Assembly: GCA_963664705.1 (NCBI GenBank)
Contig: OY761556.1
Span: 6,016,001-6,080,000 of the forward strand
Length of the DNA: 64,000 nt
Direction: 5' to 3'
DNA from: Acidobacteriota bacterium
GTDB taxonomy: Bacteria; Acidobacteriota; UBA6911
The position numbers were made by a program, and so were the translations under genes. Below the pieces are notes generated by a model that was given only the letters and a program-made list of their open reading frames with translations, was not told the origin of the DNA and ran no database searches. Below, in pieces: positions 20,142-27,662 of the stretch; the stretch's first letter is position 1, and each line of letters starts with the position of its first letter.

Positions 20142-20864
20142 CTAGAAGGCGATGTTTCCTGCGAAAATCATCTTCTCGGTCTTAAATTCCTGGAAGGCCT
20201 GGCCACTGCCCATCCCCATGGCCGGATATGCAAATTCCAACTTGATCGATTTGTCCTGCGGCGTGATGATCGGTTTCCCATCAACCTCACGCGGGAAGAT
20301 AAACTGGAACGATCGGCTTCCCCCCTGGGCCGTAATATAACGTGCAAGCGGCACTTTGGTTTTTCCGCACGTCAGATACACCTGGGTTTTCAGCAATTCC
20401 AGTGTTTTGGTCTGCCACCAGCGCGCCAGATCCTGATCCCTCGTATTGTCATTGGTTTCATAGCTCACATTCACAACAACCGCGTCCGTCGGGAACCCAT
20501 CAAGTAACGCGGATGCCTGTTTGTCAAAGGCCTGTTTTTGATCAGCAGCAAGACTGTCATATTTGTTTGCGATCTGGCCCTGTCGTACCATGGCCTGGCG
20601 CACCGGCAGAGCGGAACGGAACTGAATCCAATATCGGATATAAGGCTGACCGCCGTCCGTGCTGGTCTTATTGGATGCGTTGTCCATGACCTGAACCGAT
20701 GTCAGTTCAAATTTCTGGGCCCACGGAGAATCCTTGAGCAATTTGTCACAATCTTTGGCCGACCATTCCTTATATTCCTTGGCTTCCCAGAAATCCTTTC
20801 CTGCAATTGCAATGCTTGCAGTCAGGAGCAAAAGAGGCACTATAATGCACAGCATTTTTTTCAT
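20142..20864 (-). CDS. Exported hypothetical protein
   Basis: Signal peptide MKKMLCIIVPLLLLTASIAIA; FWEAKEYKEWS..DC.KLLKDSPWA motif; GGAG SD. Confidence 0.8.
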   Translation of the reverse strand: MKKMLCIIVPLLLLTASIAIAGKDFWEAKEYKEWSAKDCDKLLKDSPWAQKFELTSVQVMDNASNKTSTDGGQPYIRYWIQFRSALPVRQAMVRQGQIANKYDSLAADQKQAFDKQASALLDGFPTDAVVVNVSYETNDNTRDQDLARWWQTKTLELLKTQVYLTCGKTKVPLARYITAQGGSRSFQFIFPREVDGKPIITPQDKSIKLEFAYPAMGMGSGQAFQEFKTEKMIFAGNIAF

Positions 20865-20957
20865 GGCAAACTCCCTGATAATAGATTCAAGTTTAAATTG
20901 AGCGATTCATTTTAGCGCATTTATAGAGCGTTTTAATGTTATAGCACAAGCAAAAAA

Positions 20958-21039
20958 CACGGAGGACACCAGGAGGCCGCCCACTGGGCGCACCATGGTG
21001 TCCTCCGTGCTCTTGCCCGCGAGACGCCGGTGCTCCCAG
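20958..21039. repeat. Palindromic/REP-like repeat cluster
   Basis: Perfect 14-bp IR CACGGAGGACACCA / TGGTGTCCTCCGTG, then GCCCGCGAGACGCCGGTGCTCCCAG (reverse complement of a CTGGGAG-type REP). Confidence 0.6.
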
Positions 21040-21065
21040 CGAGCATTTTTAAGAGAAACGCAATG

Positions 21066-22424
21066 CTACTGTTTTTGTTTGTCGAGTAGTCCGTACTTCT
21101 GCATTTTCTCGCGCAGGGTTTTTCGATTGATTCCGAGATATTCCGCCGCTTTCGATTTGTTTCCGTGGAACTGTTCCAGCGCATTGAGGATCTCGTTCTG
21201 TTCGAGTCGCGCCAGGCTTCCGCCGGTCGGCGCCTTCGGGCTGGAAATGTCCGTCATCTCATAGGGAAAGTCCCCGGCACCGATCAAATTTCCTTCGCCG
21301 GTGACAATCGCGGATTCCAGGGCGTTGATCAGTTCCCGCACATTGCCGGGCCACTCCCGTCTTTTCAAAAAACGCATGGCTTCATCAGAGATGCGCAGCG
21401 CGGGGCGGCCTTTTTCGGAAGCAATCTTCCTTACGTAATAATCTACCAGCGTCGGAATATCTTCGAGCCGTTCGCGCAATGGCGGTACGGAAATATGAAC
21501 AACGTTCAGCCTATAATACAGGTCCTCGCGAAACTTGCCCTCCCGGACCGCCTGGGGCAGATCGCGATTAGTCGCCGAGATGATGCGCACATCGATTTTT
21601 TTCTTGGTCGTACTTCCCACGCGGGAAATCTCCCGTTCCTGGACCGCGCGCAGAAGACGGGCCTGCATATTGATGCTTATGTTGGCGATCTCGTCGAGAA
21701 AAAGCGTTCCTCCCTCGGCCAGCTCAATTTTCCCAACGGTGTTTTCGATCGCTCCGGAGAAAGCGCCTTTCACATGCCCGAACAGTTCGCTCTCAAAAAG
21801 GCTTTCCACCAGCGTGCCGCAGTCCACCGTTACGAATCTTCTATTTGAACGGTTGCTGAGATTGTGAATGGCGCGGGCAACGACCTCTTTGCCGACGCCG
21901 GTCTCCCCGGTCACCAGTACCGTGGAATCAACCGGGGCGGCCTTCTGAATCAGGCGCACTACCTGGCTCATTGCTTCAGACCGTCCAATCAGAGATTGGG
22001 ACATTATCTTTCTCTCGAGTCCCTGGCCGATGCAGGCATTCTCGAGAGCTCTGCGCGCAGCCGTTGCCGCCCGTTCCACGCGGGACTCCAGAACTTCCGG
22101 CTTGAACGGTTTGGGAAGATAATCGAAGGCACCAGCTTTGATGGCATCCACGGCAGAATCATACGTCGCATGGCCGGCAATGATAATCACGGCTGTATTG
22201 GGAGATTCCTGCTTCAGCCGATTCATCACATCCATCCCCGGCATGCCCGGCATTCCCAAATCGAGCAAAGCTACATCGAAGGATTCCAGCCGGATTTTTT
22301 CCAAAGCCTGGTCTCCGTTTTCGGCAATAGCCGTGGCATAGCCTGCCGAGTCCAAGGCCTGGCGGCATGCCACGCGCATGGATTCGTCGTCGTCGATAAT
22401 AAGCACTCTGGAGCGAAGAGACAT
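21066..22424 (-). CDS. Sigma-54-dependent NtrC-family response regulator (REC-AAA+-Fis HTH)
   Basis: IIDDD, LLDLGMP, PKPF; GETGVGKE, ESELFGHVKGAFSGA, LFLDEI, FREDLYYRLNV, WPGNVREL; NKSKAAEYLGINRKTL. Confidence 0.95.
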   Translation of the reverse strand: MSLRSRVLIIDDDESMRVACRQALDSAGYATAIAENGDQALEKIRLESFDVALLDLGMPGMPGMDVMNRLKQESPNTAVIIIAGHATYDSAVDAIKAGAFDYLPKPFKPEVLESRVERAATAARRALENACIGQGLERKIMSQSLIGRSEAMSQVVRLIQKAAPVDSTVLVTGETGVGKEVVARAIHNLSNRSNRRFVTVDCGTLVESLFESELFGHVKGAFSGAIENTVGKIELAEGGTLFLDEIANISINMQARLLRAVQEREISRVGSTTKKKIDVRIISATNRDLPQAVREGKFREDLYYRLNVVHISVPPLRERLEDIPTLVDYYVRKIASEKGRPALRISDEAMRFLKRREWPGNVRELINALESAIVTGEGNLIGAGDFPYEMTDISSPKAPTGGSLARLEQNEILNALEQFHGNKSKAAEYLGINRKTLREKMQKYGLLDKQKQ

Positions 22425-22426
22425 AT

Positions 22427-22488
22427 CGAATGACGAATGACGAATGACGAATGACGAATGGCCGGGATATCCGGCCATTCGTCATTCG
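22427..22488. repeat. Heptamer array (CGAATGA) x ~5 ending in a perfect 18-bp hairpin
   Basis: CGAATGACGAATGGCCGG-GATAT-CCGGCCATTCGTCATTCG. Confidence 0.9.
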
Positions 22489-22505
22489 GTCGATGCGTCA
22501 AAAGA

Positions 22506-23000
22506 TCAGACCTGGACGTATTTTTCGCCTTTTACGCCGCAGATCGGGCAAGCGGCGGGGGGATTTCCCATCTCAATGTGACCGCAGACCGGGCAAAGAT
22601 AGAATTTCGTTTCGGATAGATCTTTGCCTTGTGCAACCGCTTCGAGAGCCAATCGGTAAAGCTCTGCGTGGACGGCTTCCGCCTTCAGAGCCATGTTGAT
22701 CATCCGCTTTCCCTTGTGGTTTTCCTGTTCGGCGGTTGCAAGCATGGGTGGATACATTTCCTGGAACTCATAGGTTTCACCCGCTACGGCAGCCTTCAGG
22801 TTGTCTGCCGTAGACTGTACCATGTCCAGCGCGGAGAAGTGCCCAAGCGCGTGAATGGTCTCCGCTTCGGCAGCGGTCCGGAACAGGCGCGCTACATTTA
22901 CAAATCCTTCCTGTTCAGCTTTTTTTGCGAATGCCAGGTATTTCCGGTTTGCCTGGCTTTCTCCTGCAAATGCTTGTTTGAGATCGTCACTTGTAGCCAT
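22506..23000 (-). CDS. rbr: Rubrerythrin
   Basis: AFAGESQANRKY, AEAETIHA, ETYEFQEMYP, EAVH; rubredoxin-like CPVCGH and CPICG; GGAGG SD. Confidence 0.95.
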   Translation of the reverse strand: MATSDDLKQAFAGESQANRKYLAFAKKAEQEGFVNVARLFRTAAEAETIHALGHFSALDMVQSTADNLKAAVAGETYEFQEMYPPMLATAEQENHKGKRMINMALKAEAVHAELYRLALEAVAQGKDLSETKFYLCPVCGHIEMGNPPAACPICGVKGEKYVQV

Positions 23001-23053
23001 AGTACAGCCTCCGAGTGTTGAGTATTGGTCAATGCAATAAAATGCCAAGATTT

Positions 23054-24160
23054 TCAGATAAGGCGATTCGGTGCAAACGCATCTGCCGCCGGATGACTGC
23101 TTTTCCCGTCGGCAATCCAGTCGGCCGCGATCGTTCCGACGACCGGTGCGCAGGTGATGCCATGACCTCCCATTCCTGCAACCCAGAAGAGTCCCTGGAG
23201 TCGCGGGTCCGAGCCAATGACAAACAGCTCATCGGGCGCGAACGTGCGCATTCCGGACCAGGCGCGTCCTACGCGGGCGTCGGACAAAGAAGGAAGCCAA
23301 TGAGCCGCCTTTGTGGCGATTCGCTCGACTTCGGCATGATCCATGATTTCCCCTTGCTCCGGCGTTACCTTAACCGTGTCGCAACCGCTCATCAGCAGTC
23401 CGCCGCTTTCCGGTCGGAAGTAGAACTCCTCTCCCACAATCCAGATTACCGGCCACTGAGGATTTACTTGAGGCAGCGGTTCGGTTACCAGCAAATGACG
23501 GCGGAAAGGGGTGAATGGCAGCGCATAGCCGCTGAAAGTATCGGCCAGCGACGCCCAGCCGCCATTGGCTACCACTACTTTGGATGCTTCCATCAGGCCT
23601 TCGCTTGTTTCGACACCCACCACTTTTCCGTCACGAACTGCCAGTTTTTTAAACTCCCGGCCAAGGCAAAATTCAGCCCCCGCGCGTGTCGCGCCACGCA
23701 GGAATCCCTGTAGAATCGCGTGTACGTCGAGAACGCCGTCGTCAGGTTTGTAGGCAACACGCTTCAGTCCCGGAGCCAGAATAGGTACTTGCTCGTAAAC
23801 ACGGGAAGCGTCTTCCTGGATCAAGCCGGTTTCAGGATTGTCGTCGCACCACTTGCGCAGGGTTGCAACATGTTCCTGGCGCGCTGCCAGGTAGACGCCA
23901 ACGCGGTTGACCAGCGTTTCCGATGAAAAGCCCTCCGGCGGATTGTGGTAGAACTCCGCTGACTGGCAGGCAAGGCGATTCAAGAGCGGCGTCGGGATCA
24001 TTGTGCGCAGGATGGCAGCATTCCGTCCGGTAGATTGCGTTCCGGCAATTTTCTCTCTTTCGAGAACGGTGATATTTTTCAGGCCTTTCCTGGTCAAAAA
24101 ATAGGCGGTGGCCACACCCGCCATTCCGGCGCCAACAATAATGATACGGTCTTCAGTCAT
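23054..24160 (-). CDS. FAD-dependent oxidoreductase (DAO/sarcosine oxidase beta family)
   Basis: IIVGAGMAG, STGRNAA, YFRPESGG, WSGMRTFAPD, GMGGHGIT. Confidence 0.9.
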   Translation of the reverse strand: MTEDRIIIVGAGMAGVATAYFLTRKGLKNITVLEREKIAGTQSTGRNAAILRTMIPTPLLNRLACQSAEFYHNPPEGFSSETLVNRVGVYLAARQEHVATLRKWCDDNPETGLIQEDASRVYEQVPILAPGLKRVAYKPDDGVLDVHAILQGFLRGATRAGAEFCLGREFKKLAVRDGKVVGVETSEGLMEASKVVVANGGWASLADTFSGYALPFTPFRRHLLVTEPLPQVNPQWPVIWIVGEEFYFRPESGGLLMSGCDTVKVTPEQGEIMDHAEVERIATKAAHWLPSLSDARVGRAWSGMRTFAPDELFVIGSDPRLQGLFWVAGMGGHGITCAPVVGTIAADWIADGKSSHPAADAFAPNRLI

Positions 24161-24262
24161 TCAAATGATCTCCAATGGAACGCTGAATCATACCATGGGA
24201 GTTCGGAGTTTTGAGTTTCATTGAAATCAGAAATTCGCTCAATTTTTGAAATGCAGAGCCCT

Positions 24263-25423
24263 TTATGCCTGAGCGATTTCATCGAGAGCCGAGGCTGCCT
24301 GGCGAACATCATCAACCGTGGTCAGGAACCCTACGCTGAAGCGGACAAAACCATCCGGAAAAGTTCCGAGGTGCCGGTGAGCATAAGGCGCGCAGTGTAG
24401 ACCGGAGCGGGCAGCCACATCGAACCTCTCGTCCAGAATGGCGGCCAGTTCAGCGGGAGAAAGCCCGGGCAAATTTATTCCTATCAATCCCACTCGATTG
24501 ATCCCGGCGCGCTCCAGAATTGCGCGATCCGCGCCATACCAGGAGAAAAGCCCCGGATCGCGAAGGTTGCGATAGAATTCGTCGATCAGTGAGCGCTCAT
24601 GTTCCAGTACCTCCGAGACACCCCTGGCCAGGAGCATTCGCACTCCCTCTCTGAGACCGGCAAGACCGAATACGTTTGGAGTTCCGCCTTCCAGCCGGTG
24701 CGGGAACTCGGATGGCTGAGTCGGGGATGAAGAGTCTCCCCCGGTGCCTCCTTCGCGCCAGGGTGCCACTTCGACTCGTTCCCCAACCACCAGGCCTCCA
24801 GTGCCCGTAGGGCCCAGCAGCGCCTTGTGCCCGGTAAAAGCCAGGAGGTCCAGGCAGTCCGTTTCAAAATGAATCGGGACCACTCCGGCGCTTTGAGAAG
24901 CATCGACCAGGAACAGTGCATTGTGTTCACGCACGGAATGGCCGATCGTTGCGATATCCTGGATGGTGCCTGTGACATTGGACGCATGGGCAAGGGCCAC
25001 AAGGCGCGTTGACGGCTTGAAGGCCCTGCCAACCGCATCGGGATCGATTTGATGATGCGCGTCTGCCGGCAGGCGTGTGAGTGTGATCACGCCGTCCCGT
25101 TCCATCTGGTTTAGCGGTCGTGATACAGAGTTGTGTTCGAGTACCGAAGTGATGACGTGATCTCCCGGTCGCAGCACACCCTTGATGGCCATATTCAGGG
25201 CGTCCGTGGCGTTGAGCGTAAACACAATCCGTTCCGGACGGGAGAAGCCGAACAGCCTGGCCAGGAGACGACGCGTTTCGTTGATCATGGCTTCCGCTTC
25301 GACGGCGCGGCGATGTCCGCTGCGTCCAGGATTGGCGGCAGAAGAACGGGCAAAAGAGTCCATCGCCTGGAATACCTGCTCAGGTTTTGGGAAGGATGTC
25401 GCTGCGTTATCAAGATAGATCAT
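24263..25423 (-). CDS. Class V PLP aminotransferase, cysteine desulfurase/selenocysteine lyase family
   Basis: YLDNAATSFPKP, EHNSV, HASNVTG, DASQSAG, TGHK, EGGT, RSGLHCAP. Confidence 0.92.
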   Translation of the reverse strand: MIYLDNAATSFPKPEQVFQAMDSFARSSAANPGRSGHRRAVEAEAMINETRRLLARLFGFSRPERIVFTLNATDALNMAIKGVLRPGDHVITSVLEHNSVSRPLNQMERDGVITLTRLPADAHHQIDPDAVGRAFKPSTRLVALAHASNVTGTIQDIATIGHSVREHNALFLVDASQSAGVVPIHFETDCLDLLAFTGHKALLGPTGTGGLVVGERVEVAPWREGGTGGDSSSPTQPSEFPHRLEGGTPNVFGLAGLREGVRMLLARGVSEVLEHERSLIDEFYRNLRDPGLFSWYGADRAILERAGINRVGLIGINLPGLSPAELAAILDERFDVAARSGLHCAPYAHRHLGTFPDGFVRFSVGFLTTVDDVRQAASALDEIAQA

Positions 25424-25516
25424 GGGTCGCTCCATACGCAGCAGACGTACCACGCAGTGGTGTGCGAAGTCAAGAAGGCAGGAGGCAGGAGACAGGGGAA
25501 CTGACCGGCTGTTATA

Positions 25517-26308
25517 ATGAAGCCGATGGACCCCTTACAGTCATTTTTAGCTCATTTTGGGATTCAACCCGATCGCGCGCCACTCGATCTGCTGACGCGG
25601 GTTGCCTCGGCGTTTGCACGCCTGCCGTACGAAAATATCACAAAAATCATCAAGCATGCGGAGGCGGGGACTCCTGAAAAGGCGCGTCGATATCCGGCAG
25701 AAGTGATTCAGAACCATATCGATTGGGGCACCGGCGGCACCTGTTTCTCACTGACCTCGGCATTGCTTCATCTTGTGCGCAGCCTGGGATTCCGAGCGGA
25801 GTGCGTTCTGGCAGACCGTCGCTACGGGCCGGACACGCATTCCGCTTTATTGATTTGGATTGATGGTATTCCGCATCTTCTGGATCCAGGGTACCTGATA
25901 GTCAATCCGATCCCCGTTGCGGCTGTAGAGAAAGAGATAAACGTGGGTTTTAACCGCCTAATCCTCGAGCCGGATGGGCAAAACAACCGGATGTCGCTCT
26001 CCACAATCCGGAAGGGGGCAAAAACATTCCGGCTGACCTACAAAACGGATCCGGTGGATCCGGGGCAGTTTCTCAAGGCGTGGGATGCTTCCTTCGATTG
26101 GGATATGATGCATTACCCGCTGCTCACAAGGACGGCGGAGTTCGGTCAGGTTTACCTGCGGGGATCCAGGCTGCAGGTCAGCGGACTCGATTCGGTTCGT
26201 GCCCAGGAAATAGGAAGCGATCAACTGGTGGCTAAAATTTCGGAGGCATTCCAGATTGAACCATCGCTGGTTGTTCACGCACTTTCGATTCTCAAACATG
26301 GAGGATAG
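25517..26308 (+). CDS. Arylamine N-acetyltransferase family protein (start may be 25526)
   Basis: LPYEN, GGTCF catalytic Cys, THSAL His, LLDPG Asp. Confidence 0.8.
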   Translation: MKPMDPLQSFLAHFGIQPDRAPLDLLTRVASAFARLPYENITKIIKHAEAGTPEKARRYPAEVIQNHIDWGTGGTCFSLTSALLHLVRSLGFRAECVLADRRYGPDTHSALLIWIDGIPHLLDPGYLIVNPIPVAAVEKEINVGFNRLILEPDGQNNRMSLSTIRKGAKTFRLTYKTDPVDPGQFLKAWDASFDWDMMHYPLLTRTAEFGQVYLRGSRLQVSGLDSVRAQEIGSDQLVAKISEAFQIEPSLVVHALSILKHGG

Positions 26309-26311
26309 CCG

Positions 26312-26851
26312 GTGGCAAAGCCTCAGAATGTAGACCCGGTAAAGCTCCTGGTAGGAATTCTCTGGGCGCAGCCCGGACCACTGCAAGATGCCGCGGAGAT
26401 GCTGACTCAGAACTGGGGAAGCATCGATTTTACGGGGCCGGATCATCCTTTTGACATAACGAATTATTATGAGCCCGAAATGGGAGGGAGTTTATACCGG
26501 CGCCTTGTTACTTTTGCCGGCCTTGTGCCGCCCGATATTCTCGTTGAGGCAAAACACACTTGCAATGCCATCGAAGACAAGCTGGCCGGTGCACGGGGCC
26601 GGCTGGTTAACCTGGATATCGGTTACCTGGATCATAACAAGATTGTATTGGCCAGCTTCAAGGGAGCCGGGCAGAAAGTTTATATAAAAGATGGTGTCTG
26701 GGCGGACCTCGTGGCGCGGTATCGGGGCGGGCGGTACGCTCCTTTTGAATGGACGTTTCCGGACTTCAAAGATGGACGCTATGATCAGGAGCTTTTACAA
26801 ATACGCCAGACGTATCTCCTCCAGAGAAAATCTGCATTGATAGAAGCGTAA
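26312..26851 (+). CDS. DUF4416 family protein
   Basis: FDITNYYEPEMG, RLVNLDIGYL, FEWTFPD motifs. Confidence 0.8.
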   Translation: MAKPQNVDPVKLLVGILWAQPGPLQDAAEMLTQNWGSIDFTGPDHPFDITNYYEPEMGGSLYRRLVTFAGLVPPDILVEAKHTCNAIEDKLAGARGRLVNLDIGYLDHNKIVLASFKGAGQKVYIKDGVWADLVARYRGGRYAPFEWTFPDFKDGRYDQELLQIRQTYLLQRKSALIEA

Positions 26852-27002
26852 GAACATCACGGACCATCGCCTTTCTTACGATTTTTCGAATTAGCATCTG
26901 CCAACTCCTTGACTTCATTGAACTCCTGGTTAAAGATACACGCAGTAATCTTGAATCGGTGTTGATGGGCAGCCACATTCTTATTCTCGGGAATATCACC
27001 AG

Positions 27003-27587
27003 ATGAACTTTTGGCGTGAGTCTGGGAAGAGCTTTCTGAACTATTCAAAATATATCTTGCCTGCCGGGGGCGTGGCGGTTCTTGCCACAGTATTGGGAGT
27101 CGGTTGGTTTACCCAGCCTGACCGGTTTGTCCGCGGATATCAGCCGGTGCAGCCTATCCCTTATTCGCACCAGCTTCATCCCGGTACGCTTCGCATTCCG
27201 TGTCTCTATTGTCACTCCGGTGCGCAGCGATCACGGCAGGCCGGAGTTCCGCCGGTCGAGAAGTGCATGAATTGCCACCGGGTAACCAAGACCGATAGTC
27301 CGTATATCAAGAATCTGACTGCAATCTATAATTCCGGAAGGCCGATGCAGTGGAAGCGGATTCACTCGCTGCCCGACCATGTCTATTTCGATCACAGGCC
27401 GCATGTGAATGCCGGCGTATTGTGCCAGACCTGTCACGGTGAAGTGCAGACGATGAATGTTGTCTATCAGCAGATGTCCATGCGGATGAGTAATTGTCTT
27501 GGGTGTCACCGTGATCCCAAGAGTGCGCTTCCAGCCGGGTCGGCAATCAAGAAAGGTCCGGAACACTGTTACGCCTGTCATCGGTGA
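27003..27587 (+). CDS. actA: Alternative complex III pentaheme cytochrome c subunit
   Basis: N-terminal TM; P.QPIPYSHQLH; five CxxCH (CLYCH, CMNCH, CQTCH, CLGCH, CYACH). Confidence 0.9.
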   Translation: MNFWRESGKSFLNYSKYILPAGGVAVLATVLGVGWFTQPDRFVRGYQPVQPIPYSHQLHPGTLRIPCLYCHSGAQRSRQAGVPPVEKCMNCHRVTKTDSPYIKNLTAIYNSGRPMQWKRIHSLPDHVYFDHRPHVNAGVLCQTCHGEVQTMNVVYQQMSMRMSNCLGCHRDPKSALPAGSAIKKGPEHCYACHR

Positions 27588-27662
27588 CGTGATCAGAAAA
27601 TTTCCGGGAGGCCGCTGCCGGAGCTGGCCGCGAATCCCGGTGAGTGCGAAGGATATATCTGA

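Noticed and set aside
24263-25423. Functional link between the desulfurase-family gene and the selenoprotein
   Set aside because: 22 kb apart with no sel genes nearby; the sequence alone cannot establish Sec-lyase specificity.
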